Positions 31,456 through 42,245 of a stretch of 64,000 nt of DNA are shown here, in pieces. Source of the stretch: Sedimentisphaerales bacterium (GTDB lineage Bacteria; Planctomycetota; Phycisphaerae; Sedimentisphaerales; SM23-30); NCBI GenBank assembly GCA_963666285.1, contig OY762711.1; one strand, written 5' to 3'. Under the pieces are notes generated by a model. That model was not told where the DNA came from. It made no database searches and saw nothing but the letters and a program-made list of their open reading frames with translations. Numbering within the stretch: the first letter of the stretch is position 1; each line of letters begins with the position of its first letter. The translations under genes and the position numbers were made by a program.

Positions 31456-31716
31456 TTATTTTAATCTGTCAATATCTTTGGGGAACTTTTCTTCAATTTC
31501 GAAGTCATCATCTATTGGTTCTCTGTCTCTATTACGTGAATTCCAAGCTGTATTGAGATGGTGGTATATGTGGGTTATTCTAATTTGGAATTCAGTATCA
31601 TCTATTTTTCCAGCTTCAAACATATTTTGGATTAGATCGCTAAGTGATTCTTGGGCATCTTGCATTTGCATTATCAGTAATGTCCATTCAACTGGATTGT
31701 TCTTGCTGTTAATCAT
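31456..31716 (-). CDS. Hypothetical protein (86 aa) directly downstream of the toxin gene
   Basis: 7 bp after the toxin stop, co-oriented; HIYHHLNTAWNSR motif. Confidence 0.65.
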   Translation of the reverse strand: MINSKNNPVEWTLLIMQMQDAQESLSDLIQNMFEAGKIDDTEFQIRITHIYHHLNTAWNSRNRDREPIDDDFEIEEKFPKDIDRLK

Positions 31717-31723
31717 TTGTAAA

Positions 31724-32014
31724 TTAACTTAACCGGTCCTTGAGTTTTTCAGGGTTTTGTCGGCAATCCAGGACGGCTAAAACTTGGATTAGATTATTTT
31801 CCACACGATAGTAAATGGCAAAGGGAAACCGTTTTGAAAGATGTCGGTGATAGCCAAAGAATTTTGAGTGAATACCGCCATAAATCTGGAGGGAATCGAT
31901 ATCGGAGAAGAGAGAATCCAGAAAATACTGACCTAAGCCGGCAACCTGATTTTCATAGAATCTGGCTCCTTCAAGCAGGTCCTGTTCAGCTTCATTAAGT
32001 ATTTGGATTGGCAT
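31724..32014 (-). CDS. ParE/RelE-superfamily toxin
   Basis: EAEQDL...FYENQ..GLG.YF...KRFPFAIYYR...VLAVLDCRQNP pattern. Confidence 0.88.
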   Translation of the reverse strand: MPIQILNEAEQDLLEGARFYENQVAGLGQYFLDSLFSDIDSLQIYGGIHSKFFGYHRHLSKRFPFAIYYRVENNLIQVLAVLDCRQNPEKLKDRLS

Positions 32015-32229
32015 TACATATTCTTTCGAATTCTGGATTTGGCTTCATCCCAGTCAGAAAACTGAGATTTGCCTTCTTTAATCCTTTGCTCTCTGGCAGA
32101 AAGCACATCTGCATGCCAGGACGGAGACGGAATATTTTCAGAATCAAGTAAAAGACTTTCCCAAATATCTTCGATTACACGCAATTTGTCGATAGTTGTC
32201 ATCTTATTTAGTGGTATTGATATATCCAT
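32014..32229 (-). CDS. Addiction-module antitoxin component
   Basis: DKLRVIEDIWESL...SPSWHADVLSARE...DWDEAK; GGAG RBS; TAATG coupling to the toxin. Confidence 0.85.
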   Translation of the reverse strand: MDISIPLNKMTTIDKLRVIEDIWESLLLDSENIPSPSWHADVLSAREQRIKEGKSQFSDWDEAKSRIRKNM

Positions 32230-32477
32230 TTGGTTGACTCCAAATACAAGAGTGCTATAGCGTCGACAGAAAAACATTCAAACTTGTATATTTTGGGACT
32301 TACAAATTATTGTTTGCTACTACCAAAGTTACATTGTATCAGGATTTAAATAGTTGACAAGCCAAAAATGTAACATTAACATCATGTAGTTTATGTGTAT
32401 TAATAGTAAAATCGTTGCCCGTGGCGACCGGATTTGAGGCTTTGCATGAAGCTAATGTTTATGAAAGAATTTGAATT

Positions 32478-33485
32478 ATGATAAAAGTTGCGATAATAGG
32501 TGCGAGCGGATATACCGCTTCTGAAAGTTTGAAGATTCTGGCCCGTCATAGAGATGTCGAGGTGACCTACCTGGCAGCTACCCAGGATAGGGGAAAGATT
32601 TCAGATAATTTTCCACAATTGAAAGGTTTATTCGACCTTGAAGTTAAAGAGTATGATCCCCGGGCTGCGGCAGAACTGGCTGATGTTGTATTGTGCTGCC
32701 TGCCGCATAAAGTAGCGATGGATTCGGTTGCCGGTTTGATGAAAGCCGGTATAAAGGTGGTTGACTTTAGTGCCGACTATCGTTTGCATGATGTCAATCT
32801 GTATGAAGAGGTTTATGCAGTTGAGCATACCGACCCGGCCAATATAGCCAATGCAGCGTTTGGGTTGCCGGAATTATTCAGAGATCAGATAGTTGGCAAA
32901 CAACTGGTAGCGAATCCTGGCTGCTATCCTACCGCGGCATCGCTGGGACTGGCACCGCTGCTGAAGGAGAAATTGATAGATCCGTCTGATATTGTTGTTA
33001 ACGCTGTGTCGGGTGCTTCCGGTGCCGGAAGAAAACCCAAGCAGATGTTCCACTTTCCAGAGATGACAGAGAATATATTTGCCTATGGAGTACAGGGTCA
33101 TCGTCATAACCCTGAGATAGACCAGATATTGTCAGAGTTTTCGGGCGATAGTGTATCTACACTTTTTATGCCGCATGTTGGCTGCTATGAAAGAGGGATA
33201 ATCGAAACGATATACTGTAAGCCCCTGAAGGATGTCACTCAGCAGCAGCTGGAAGAGTTGTACCAGGAGTATTATGGCAAGGAGCAGTTTGTAAGATTGC
33301 GTAAAGAGCCGCCGGCTGTGCGCGATGTTGCCAATAGCAACTTCTGTGATATCTGCCCTGTAATTACTCGCGGCAGGGTGATCGTTTTTAGTGCGATTGA
33401 TAATCTTATAAAAGGTGCTGCCGGTCAGGCGATACAGAATATGAATATTATCTGCGGGCTGGAAGAATCCGCGGGTTTGTTATAA
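32478..33485 (+). CDS. argC: N-acetyl-gamma-glutamyl-phosphate reductase
   Basis: GASGYT, ANPGCYPT and DNLIKGAAGQAIQNMN motifs. Confidence 0.97.
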   Translation: MIKVAIIGASGYTASESLKILARHRDVEVTYLAATQDRGKISDNFPQLKGLFDLEVKEYDPRAAAELADVVLCCLPHKVAMDSVAGLMKAGIKVVDFSADYRLHDVNLYEEVYAVEHTDPANIANAAFGLPELFRDQIVGKQLVANPGCYPTAASLGLAPLLKEKLIDPSDIVVNAVSGASGAGRKPKQMFHFPEMTENIFAYGVQGHRHNPEIDQILSEFSGDSVSTLFMPHVGCYERGIIETIYCKPLKDVTQQQLEELYQEYYGKEQFVRLRKEPPAVRDVANSNFCDICPVITRGRVIVFSAIDNLIKGAAGQAIQNMNIICGLEESAGLL

Positions 33486-33724
33486 AAAACGCGGCATATA
33501 TCTTGTAAATAAAAATATCCGATCGTTTGTGATGCTATTTGATATTAGATCAGTTAGATCACTTTTGATCGGGCATTATTATTAGAAGATGTTTTATGCC
33601 GCGTACCTAAAAAACAATCTGCCAGTCCCAATGTTTGTTTCTGTGCGCATAATAATACCGAATGCCTGAATATCTAAAATTTAGTTCAAGCTCTTCGGAT
33701 TATTATTTTATTGCACAGGTTTGA

Positions 33725-33820
33725 CTAGCACATTGCCGCATAACTAGCAATAGTAAGTATAATTATGCGACTTTTGCGAGCCATAAATGACTCAAACAGT
33801 GTGTAAGCTCTAATAGCCAT
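33725..33820 (-). CDS. Candidate small protein, 31 aa (MAIRAYTLFESFMARKSRIIILTIASYAAMC)
   Basis: GGGGAG RBS 8 nt before ATG; hydrophobic C-terminal half. Absent from the ORF track because it is short. Confidence 0.4.
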   Translation of the reverse strand: MAIRAYTLFESFMARKSRIIILTIASYAAMC

Positions 33821-33910
33821 AGTTTTGACTCCCCAAAGTCTGTTTATTCAATTGTGGTGATCCTCCTCCGCTGGAGATCAATACATATATTATAAGCAAT
33901 AAATAATCCT

Positions 33911-33946
33911 GCTCAAAATCTGAAGTCGGTTTTGAGCGTTTTTTTT
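33911..33946 (+). terminator. Intrinsic terminator on + strand
   Basis: GCTCAAAATC...GGTTTTGAGC stem followed by G and 8 T. Confidence 0.65.
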
Positions 33947-34291
33947 ATAACCGTTTGTCAGGCTAGGGTTTATGTGCTATTGATTAAATTGGTGTATAGT
34001 CTTTCGTTATGCCGGTTATGAGGGATGTTGTTTTATATCAACATTGCTTTAAGCGTCATTGATTTTAAATATAAATATAGTAGTAATTTAGGAATGTATC
34101 AGCGAGTGTTGATATTGGACAGCATAGGCTTTTTGTTGGTAATCATTTGTTTGCCATGCTAGAATATTTTATTAGCGAGTTTAAACAATTATATTAGTTG
34201 AAACAATCAGGTAAAATAGCGAAGTTACTTTTGGGGAGTTTCCTGATTAACCTTATGCTATTTTTCGTGTAAAGTACTTTGGAATTAAATA

Positions 34292-37009
34292 GTGAGTAAA
34301 AAGACATTATATATTATCGACGGTCACGCCCATATTTATGCCGCATATTTTGCCCCGATGGGCGGTGCGATGAATACCCCAAGCGGTGAGCCCACAAAAG
34401 CAGTTTATATTTTTACAAATATTCTAATTAAACTGATGCGCGAGCATAATCCTGATATGGTAGTAGTAGCGATGGATTCTCCGGGCAAGTCATTTCGCCA
34501 TGAAATGTATGAGGATTATAAAGCTAACCGTCCGCCAATGCCGGACGATATGCCCGGCCAGATTGCCCGGATAGACTCTATTATAGAGGCAATGAATATC
34601 CCTGTGGTTCGCCATGAAGGTTATGAAGCTGACGATATAATCGGTACTCTTACCAAACGCGGCAGAGAAAGCGGTTTTGATGTTGTGATATGTTCGAAGG
34701 ATAAAGACCTTGAACAGCTCATAGGTGATGGTGTTTGTATGATGGATATACAAAAGGGCAAGAAAACAGACGTCGAATCGCTGTATGAAGATAAAGGTTT
34801 GAAACCAGATCAGATAATAGATTTGCTGTCATTGACTGGAGATACATCGGATAATGTGCCGGGCGTGCCGAAGGTAGGTCCAAAGACCGCGGTTAAATGG
34901 CTACAGCAGTACGATAGTCTGGACGGTATTATCGAACATCAGGATGAAATTAAAGGCAAGGTTGGTGAAAATTTAAGGGATAGCCTTGATACCCTCGAAC
35001 TGTCACGAAAACTTGTCACTATAGACTGTGAGATGGACCTTGATTTTGATTTTACTGATGCAGAAGTGACAGGGTTTGATAATGATTCGCTGGCAAAGAT
35101 TTTTAACGAACTTGCTTTTAAGAAATTATTGAAGCAGCTGGAGCTTGACGGTGTTGAGGTAGAACCTGACCCGGCAGAGGCGAACTATTATACACCACCG
35201 AAAATTGATAAGCCGAATTATCAGCTTATTGATGACATGGACAAGTTTGACGAGTTTCTTAAAGAACTGAAAAAGCAGAAGGTCTTTGCGATTGATACCG
35301 AAACAACAGGTTTGAATCCGGTAGCAAATGAGCTGGTTGGCATTAGTATATCATGGCAGGAAGGTACGGGCTATTATTTGCCGGTTAAGGGTCCGTTTAT
35401 GATCCCGCCTTTGGATTGGGAAGAAGTTCGGCCGCTGCTGGCACCGATCCTGGAAGATGAAAAAGTCGGCAAGGTTGGTCAGAATATAAAATATGATACA
35501 GTTGTATTCAGGAAAGCAGGGGTTAGACTTCGCGGTGTTATATTTGATACAATGCTTGCAAGTTATGTGAAGTATAATAACAGGTCATATCATAACATGG
35601 ACAGCATGGCGAAAGATTATCTTGACCATGATACCATCAAAATTTCAGAACTTATTGGTAAAGGTAAAAACCAGATTACTTTTGATATGGTTGACCTGGA
35701 TATGGCCTGTGACTATGCGGCTGAGGACGCTGATATAACATGGCGTTTATACAGATATCTTGACAGCAGGTTAGATGAGAAGGAATTGCGAGAATTATTT
35801 GAAAGTGTCGAGATGCCGCTTGTTGATGTTCTGGCTGAAATGGAATTTAACGGGATGGCGTTGGATGTTCCCTGTCTGAAACGTCTTTCAAATGAGATAG
35901 CCGAACGTATGGACGAGCTGTCAAAAGAGATTACCTCTGCTGCAGGCTGCTCATTTAATATTGATTCGCCAAAGCAGCTGGGTGATATACTATTTGAAAA
36001 GTTGGGCTTACCTTCACAGAAAAAGACCAAAAGCGGCTATTCAACGGACCAGGATGTCCTGGAGAAGCTGAGCGAGATGCATCCTGTACCGAAGATGGTT
36101 TTGGAATATCGTCATCTGGGCAAGCTTCGCAGTACTTATGTTGATAAGCTTCCTATAATGATATGCAGTTCGACAGGTCGTGTGCACGGCAGTTTTAACC
36201 AGACCGGTACCGCGACCGGCAGGCTTAGCAGCAGCGATCCCAACCTGCAGAATATCCCTATTCGCAGTGAGTTAGGTCGCCAGATAAGAAAAGCCTTTGT
36301 TCCGCAAAGCAAGGGCTGGGTATTGCTGGCAGCTGATTATTCCCAGGTCGAATTGCGTATGCTGGCTCATTTAAGCGACGACCCCGGTCTAAAAGAGGCT
36401 TTTGCCAGTGGTCAGGATATACATAGTTTTGTTGCCGGCCAGGTTTTTGATGTCGATCCGGAGCATGTTACTTCCGATCAGAGATCCCGTGCCAAGGCGG
36501 TAAATTTTGGTATTGTTTATGGCCAGAGCGCATATGGTCTGAGTCAGGCAATAGATATTCCGGTAGCAGAAGCCGCCAGATTTATAGATGATTATTTTAA
36601 GAGATATCCAAAGATAGGATCTTATATGGATTCAATTAAAAGAGATGCATTGGAAAGCGGCTATGTTTCGACGATACTTGGCCGCCGCCGTGCGATAATG
36701 GATATTTCGGGCGGTAACCCTAACCAGCGTAAAGCAGCGGAGCGCATGGCGGTTAATACTGTAGTGCAGGGTTCGGCAGCAGATCTAATGAAGCTGGCAA
36801 TGATCGACCTGCATAATACCATTAAAAAAGAGAGTTTAGAGATGAAGATGATTCTCCAGGTTCATGATGAACTTGTTTTTGAAATGCCTGCAGAAAAAGC
36901 TGAGGAATATGGTGCGCTTATTTCAGAGAAAATGACCGGCGCAATGAAGCTATCGGTGCCTCTTGTCGCGGAAGCAAACTATGGAACCAGCTGGTATGAA
37001 TGCAAATAG
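34292..37009 (+). CDS. polA: DNA polymerase I
   Basis: 5'-3' exonuclease (YEADD, GDTSDN), 3'-5' exonuclease (DTETT) and polymerase (ADYSQVELR, QVHDEL) motifs. Confidence 0.99.
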   Translation: MSKKTLYIIDGHAHIYAAYFAPMGGAMNTPSGEPTKAVYIFTNILIKLMREHNPDMVVVAMDSPGKSFRHEMYEDYKANRPPMPDDMPGQIARIDSIIEAMNIPVVRHEGYEADDIIGTLTKRGRESGFDVVICSKDKDLEQLIGDGVCMMDIQKGKKTDVESLYEDKGLKPDQIIDLLSLTGDTSDNVPGVPKVGPKTAVKWLQQYDSLDGIIEHQDEIKGKVGENLRDSLDTLELSRKLVTIDCEMDLDFDFTDAEVTGFDNDSLAKIFNELAFKKLLKQLELDGVEVEPDPAEANYYTPPKIDKPNYQLIDDMDKFDEFLKELKKQKVFAIDTETTGLNPVANELVGISISWQEGTGYYLPVKGPFMIPPLDWEEVRPLLAPILEDEKVGKVGQNIKYDTVVFRKAGVRLRGVIFDTMLASYVKYNNRSYHNMDSMAKDYLDHDTIKISELIGKGKNQITFDMVDLDMACDYAAEDADITWRLYRYLDSRLDEKELRELFESVEMPLVDVLAEMEFNGMALDVPCLKRLSNEIAERMDELSKEITSAAGCSFNIDSPKQLGDILFEKLGLPSQKKTKSGYSTDQDVLEKLSEMHPVPKMVLEYRHLGKLRSTYVDKLPIMICSSTGRVHGSFNQTGTATGRLSSSDPNLQNIPIRSELGRQIRKAFVPQSKGWVLLAADYSQVELRMLAHLSDDPGLKEAFASGQDIHSFVAGQVFDVDPEHVTSDQRSRAKAVNFGIVYGQSAYGLSQAIDIPVAEAARFIDDYFKRYPKIGSYMDSIKRDALESGYVSTILGRRRAIMDISGGNPNQRKAAERMAVNTVVQGSAADLMKLAMIDLHNTIKKESLEMKMILQVHDELVFEMPAEKAEEYGALISEKMTGAMKLSVPLVAEANYGTSWYECK

Positions 37010-37033
37010 CTTTTTAGGTGTTTGTTATGAATT

Positions 37034-38446
37034 TCAGGCGATAAAAACGCGATTTTTACCGGCTTCCTTGGCATCAAAGAGTGCGGAGTCTATTGTTTCA
37101 ACAAATTCTTCAACAGTCTGGTCCGGTCGGCATTGACCGATGCCTATCGAAACCGTTGTAGGTATAATTTCATCTTTAAAATAGACTATATCGTTTTCAA
37201 CCATTTCAAGTAAACGTCCGGCAAGTTTTTCTGCGTCTTCCAATGCTGTTTCAGTTAGAATAACGGCGAACTCATCACCGCCGTATCGAGCCGCAATATC
37301 GGTTTTACGTACGCAGTTTTTGATCTTTTCAGCAACATGACATATTACGGTATCACCTCCCAGGTGGCCGAATTTGTCATTTATCGTTTTCAGTCCGTCC
37401 AGATCAATCATAACCAGTGACAGGTCGTGTTTATAACGATTGAATCTCTCCACTTCCCGATTCAGTGAATTATAGAATGTAATATGGTTAACCAGTCCTG
37501 TCATGCCATCGGTTTGTGCCTGACGGTTTATCTTTCTGTAAAGTTCCAGGTTCTGCAGAGCTGCTCCTGCAATTTCGCATAGTAATTCAAGAGCAGGCAT
37601 ATCAGTTTGTTTCTCAAAATTTGATAGATCACTTTTATCTGCCAGGTTAATAACTCCCAGAACAGAATCGCCGCTCATTAATGGGGCTATGACGCAACTG
37701 CTTGTTTTATAATTAGTTGTGTTATTCGACTCGCTATTGTCAGGATTTTTATGATTATTATTTAGGTTATCCAGTATCATCATCTTTTTATTTATTACGG
37801 CCTGGCACATTGGTCGAGTAGAATTTTTTGCAACGTCAATCAGGCTGGAAATTTTATGTGGATGATTGTGTCTGAGTAGATGCAGGCAGTTGCTGTTTTT
37901 GTCGTATGTGTATATAGAAGAGTAGTTTGCGCGAAAAATTTCTGGGATATCCTCAACGCAAGCCCTGGCAATTCTATCTATATCCAGGCAGTTTATCTTA
38001 CGAGATATGCTGCTGATTTTTTTGAATCGTTCAATAATTATGTTTTCATTGTTGTCAATGACAGGGGTATTGGCTTCCATTCCAGTAATGAGCTGATTGA
38101 TTTCCTGCGGTATCAGTTCTGATTTTCTGGCTTTGAGGTGGTTCAAATAAAGCGTGATTTTATTATCAACAAGTTCAACCGGGCAGTTTTGACATACAAT
38201 ATCCATAGGGGTTGAGCCGGGTAAAGTTGTGGGGACATTACTGGTTTGAACGATAACCAGGAAATGCGGCGATTTATCAAGACAGCAGTCATTGTCAGAG
38301 AATACAATGTAGTTAACATTATTTTTATAAGTAACTTGTGAGATATTTTCTGTAGAAATCAGTGAAATATTTTTATTTTTGCAAACTTTTTTCAATGTCT
38401 CCAGAAATGTTTGGCAGCGTCCTATGTAAATTATATTAATGTCCAT
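37034..38446 (-). CDS. GAF-GGDEF diguanylate cyclase
   Basis: DLDGLKTINDKFGHLGGD, RKTD I-site and ARYGGDEF, preceded by a GAF-like domain. Confidence 0.92.
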   Translation of the reverse strand: MDINIIYIGRCQTFLETLKKVCKNKNISLISTENISQVTYKNNVNYIVFSDNDCCLDKSPHFLVIVQTSNVPTTLPGSTPMDIVCQNCPVELVDNKITLYLNHLKARKSELIPQEINQLITGMEANTPVIDNNENIIIERFKKISSISRKINCLDIDRIARACVEDIPEIFRANYSSIYTYDKNSNCLHLLRHNHPHKISSLIDVAKNSTRPMCQAVINKKMMILDNLNNNHKNPDNSESNNTTNYKTSSCVIAPLMSGDSVLGVINLADKSDLSNFEKQTDMPALELLCEIAGAALQNLELYRKINRQAQTDGMTGLVNHITFYNSLNREVERFNRYKHDLSLVMIDLDGLKTINDKFGHLGGDTVICHVAEKIKNCVRKTDIAARYGGDEFAVILTETALEDAEKLAGRLLEMVENDIVYFKDEIIPTTVSIGIGQCRPDQTVEEFVETIDSALFDAKEAGKNRVFIA

Positions 38447-38865
38447 ATATTGTAGTTTTCTAATAGGGGGATTTCATTATATTGTGTTTTAAGTAACTTT
38501 CTTTATCTCTGTTTTAATATAACTATAATCGACATAATCGGTTACGATTTTAATTTTTTTATAATTATTATTAATTTTATTTGAGTCCAATAACAAAATA
38601 ATATATTTTATATTTTATAAAACGTAAAATATATTATGTAACTGTCTGATTTAGTATCGATTTTGATTCTCAAAGTTTGTGTATTTTCAGGTTTTCCTTG
38701 TGGAAGACAAATCAGGCACTTTTCCCTACAGAGATCGTATCTCTGGAGACAGGGGGCTATTTTTGTCAGTAAAACCTGGTGGTTTAAGCGGAAGCGGTAT
38801 ATATATTACTGCGAGCTGTCAGGGGTGAGTTTATATGTATTATTTGTGGAGATAATATTTTGGTG

Positions 38866-39141
38866 ATGAAAAGTGTTGCTGAACGGTTGAGGAATAACCC
38901 TCCGGTCAAACAATATAAGATTGGTGAAGTAGCTCGCTACAGCGGTTTGTCTCGTCAGACCGTCCATAACTATACGATTATGGGACTGATCGAAGAGTCC
39001 GGCTGGACGGAGGGCGGCCATAGGCTATATCCGGAAGAGGTGTTTATTAAGCTGGCTAAGATTGACGAACTTAAGCAAAGCAGGACCCTGAGAGAAATAC
39101 GTAAGATAATGGAAGGTGATAATGCTCTAGTTTCGGCATAA
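38866..39141 (+). CDS. Small MerR-family HTH regulator
   Basis: YKIGEVARYSGLSRQTVHNY...GGHRLY; no effector domain. Confidence 0.88.
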   Translation: MKSVAERLRNNPPVKQYKIGEVARYSGLSRQTVHNYTIMGLIEESGWTEGGHRLYPEEVFIKLAKIDELKQSRTLREIRKIMEGDNALVSA

Positions 39142-39209
39142 GAGACAGGTGTGTGTATAAAATCTATACGGCTTTATGGAGTATGTATTAGTCGTTAAAT
39201 GGTGTCAGG

Positions 39210-41654
39210 ATGACAGAAAATCAGGAACAACTAAGTTTTCGACAGGCGATTTCCGGTAAATGGCAGGTGCCTTTATTTATCGTGTCAATGCTTCTATTTG
39301 TGGTAACACTGCTGGTGATTCGCCCAAAGACAGTTGAGCCTACATTTGACGAAAAGCTGGAAGATGTAGTTGCTTTAGCTGAAAGCAATCATTATGACGA
39401 TTTTTATGCTCAGCTTAATCTGTTAAAAGATGAGACAAAAGATCGGGGTGAACTGGCAAAGATTTACAGTACGGCAGCTGAGACAAGAGTAGGAGAGTTA
39501 AAAGAAAATTATGAGTTAGGGATAGGTCCTTCAATCCATAGAAGTGCCAGGCAGAACTATGAGAATATAATAGGCGACTATCAGCAGGCTTTTAAGTACG
39601 GGTGGATGGAAGCGGATGATCCTCGTATGAAAAGTGTGTACACAAATGTAGCCTTTGCGTATTGGGGACTTGGTCAGACGGACGAAGCCATTGAAATGTC
39701 GCGTCGGGCTATCGATGTAGCAGGTCAGTATGAATCCAGTTTGTATCGTCGTTTAGCAACGATGTATCTGACAGCAATGCCTGAGGGTTATCAGGATTTG
39801 GTTATGTCGCTTCTGGATACTATGCTGGCAGATACAGATAAAGAAAACGATACGGAAAATTACGCTTGGGCTTTTGTTAAAAAAGTAGAAGTGTTAATAT
39901 CGCAGGGCAATGAAAGCCAGGCTCAAAGTCTTCTTAATTCAGTTGAAGAAGTAGTTCTCAAGAGTAGTTTTGGGGAGATGGTAGAGTTTCTTCGTGCAGT
40001 TGCAGTTCGAAAATCGGGCGATATTGATACCGCAGAAAAAATGTTGAGAGAGCTTCTATCTCGCCTGAAAGATCGCGGTGATATTTATGCCCAGTTATGT
40101 CTTGAACTTGGTGAGATCAACTATAATCAGTATCGATATCAGGAGTCACAAAATTTCTATAATATGGTTATTGATACTCAACTGGGTAAAGACTGGTATC
40201 TGGCAGCAATGCTTGGTACTGCAGAATGCATAAGGATGCAGTATCGATATCCTGAAGCTATTGCCAGGTATCGAGATACGCTGGACTTGTATCATAAATC
40301 GCCGCTAAATCGTTGTGTTAAGGCCGAGCGTATTCAGTCTTCTCTGGCAAAGTTCAGTGATACCTTGACAGAGATAAAGGATTACAATGAAGCTTTGACC
40401 GTGTTGGAGATGGAGCAGGAAATAGCAGCTGAAAATGATGTGGATGCGGCTTATCGTTACGCGATATCTCACCATCGTCTTGCCGATGAACTTATAGCAG
40501 AATATGAAAGGGTTCAACGTGATACGGCAGATGTTGAAGAGACAGAGCAGGATCAATTGTGGAATCAACAGCAGGCAGATTTGATCGAAAAGCATTTTAC
40601 AATGGCAGCCGAACAGTATTTGAGAGTTGCCAGGATTGGCATCAAGGATAATCAACTGTATGGGCGTTGCGTCCGTGAGGCAGCCATATGTTATGACTCG
40701 GCGGGTAACCCGGAAGCAGCGATAGAAGTATGGAAGAGATTTGTCGAAGAGTGGGAAGGAACATCAGAAAGAGCCGATGCCCTGTTCCGGTTAGCGCAAA
40801 CATATCAGTCGCTAGGGCAATTCGATGAGGCGATAAGATACTTCAAGATACTTCGCGAGGAGAACCCTCGTTCTCCGGCAGGTTTTAAGGCTATAGTTCC
40901 AATGTCACAATGTTACATTTCCATGGAGCCGCCGGACTATAAAGGGGCTGAAGCGATTTTGCAATCAGTGTTGGATAATGAGGCGATAAACCCTGATTCC
41001 CCATTCTTTCGTGAGGCTATGTTAGAGCTTGGACAATTGTACTATCATGTCGGAGATTATCCATCTGCGATCAGTTGCCTGACGAATGCAATTTCACGGT
41101 ATCCAGATGACCCATCAATTGGTAAGGCAATGTTTCTGGCGGGAGATTCTTATCGCAAGCGATGTGAAGTTGTGAATGATAGACTTAAAGAAATCGAAAA
41201 TGATCCAACAGCAAGGATTAATCGTGATAAGCTGCTGGACTTACGAAGAGAGATGTTAATGAGCGCCCGTGATTATTTTGCCGGTGCAATTAAATCTTAT
41301 AATAAGATACCAGAGGATCAGCGTGATCGCCGTGACCGCATTTATCTCAAGCATAGTTGGCTTTATCAAGCAGATAGTTTGTTTGATCTGGGTGAATATC
41401 GCCAGGCGGTAGATTTGTACGAGCAGGCAGCTTTGAGATATCAAATGACACCGACAGCATTGATGGCCCTGGTACAGGTGGTAAATTGTCATATCAAACT
41501 TGGCAACCCGCGAGCTGCCAGTTCTGCCAATAGCAGGGCGGTATCTCAGCTTGCCAGGATGGGTGATAAGGAGCTTATGGATAGTGAGATCGCTCTTCGC
41601 AGAGAAGACTGGGAGCAGTGGTTTGACTGGGCTGATAATTTAGGGCTATGGTAA
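39210..41654 (+). CDS. Membrane-anchored tetratricopeptide-repeat protein
   Basis: N-terminal TM segment; repeated TPR-like units (ALFRLAQTYQSLGQFDEAI, MLELGQLYY). Confidence 0.85.
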   Translation: MTENQEQLSFRQAISGKWQVPLFIVSMLLFVVTLLVIRPKTVEPTFDEKLEDVVALAESNHYDDFYAQLNLLKDETKDRGELAKIYSTAAETRVGELKENYELGIGPSIHRSARQNYENIIGDYQQAFKYGWMEADDPRMKSVYTNVAFAYWGLGQTDEAIEMSRRAIDVAGQYESSLYRRLATMYLTAMPEGYQDLVMSLLDTMLADTDKENDTENYAWAFVKKVEVLISQGNESQAQSLLNSVEEVVLKSSFGEMVEFLRAVAVRKSGDIDTAEKMLRELLSRLKDRGDIYAQLCLELGEINYNQYRYQESQNFYNMVIDTQLGKDWYLAAMLGTAECIRMQYRYPEAIARYRDTLDLYHKSPLNRCVKAERIQSSLAKFSDTLTEIKDYNEALTVLEMEQEIAAENDVDAAYRYAISHHRLADELIAEYERVQRDTADVEETEQDQLWNQQQADLIEKHFTMAAEQYLRVARIGIKDNQLYGRCVREAAICYDSAGNPEAAIEVWKRFVEEWEGTSERADALFRLAQTYQSLGQFDEAIRYFKILREENPRSPAGFKAIVPMSQCYISMEPPDYKGAEAILQSVLDNEAINPDSPFFREAMLELGQLYYHVGDYPSAISCLTNAISRYPDDPSIGKAMFLAGDSYRKRCEVVNDRLKEIENDPTARINRDKLLDLRREMLMSARDYFAGAIKSYNKIPEDQRDRRDRIYLKHSWLYQADSLFDLGEYRQAVDLYEQAALRYQMTPTALMALVQVVNCHIKLGNPRAASSANSRAVSQLARMGDKELMDSEIALRREDWEQWFDWADNLGLW

Positions 41655-41706
41655 AGACAGTAATACGCATTAGAAAGTGCTAACAAAATATAAGAAAGGT
41701 TGACCG

Positions 41707-42174
41707 ATGGCTTCAACAGAACAACAACAGGCAGCAGCTGAAAAAGTGGTTAGTTTATTAACCCGCCAAAGAGATTTATATCTCAGGTTGAAAGATCTGG
41801 CATACAGCCAGAGAAAACTGGTTGATAAAAGTGACCCTGAGATGTTATTGAAAGTGCTGGCGAACAGGCAGAGGATAATAGATCAGCTTTCTCTTATCGA
41901 CAGGCAGCTGCGTCCGCTTCGTGAAGATTGGCAGAAGATATCTGGGTGTTTTAGTGATGCTCAGAGAAATAATGTTAATTTGCTAATTGACCAGGTGAAA
42001 AATACTATTGAAGATATTTTGAATCGAGACAAAAAAGACACAGAGACACTTACGTATAAAAAAAATGAAATTGCTATTGAGCTCAAAAAGGCCAGGACAG
42101 GTCGGCAGATGGGCAAGGCCTATCAGTCCACAGTAAATGTCAGCGAGTCAAAATATTGTGATATCGGAGGGTGA
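41707..42174 (+). CDS. FlgN-like flagellar export chaperone
   Basis: Helical 155-aa protein with LL..Q..LY..L..LA..Q pattern and C-terminal AY; flagellar context. Confidence 0.55.
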   Translation: MASTEQQQAAAEKVVSLLTRQRDLYLRLKDLAYSQRKLVDKSDPEMLLKVLANRQRIIDQLSLIDRQLRPLREDWQKISGCFSDAQRNNVNLLIDQVKNTIEDILNRDKKDTETLTYKKNEIAIELKKARTGRQMGKAYQSTVNVSESKYCDIGG

Positions 42175-42245
42175 TGTTTCTGGAAATAGGCAGGTATTGT
42201 CTGTTATAAGTTTTGTGGTTTTTAAATAACTGATAAGGAAATTTT

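Noticed and set aside
33594..33650. 18-aa minus-strand ORF ending RYAA*, resembling a tmRNA tag
   Set aside because: No tRNA-like tmRNA 5'/3' ends found and no clear RBS.
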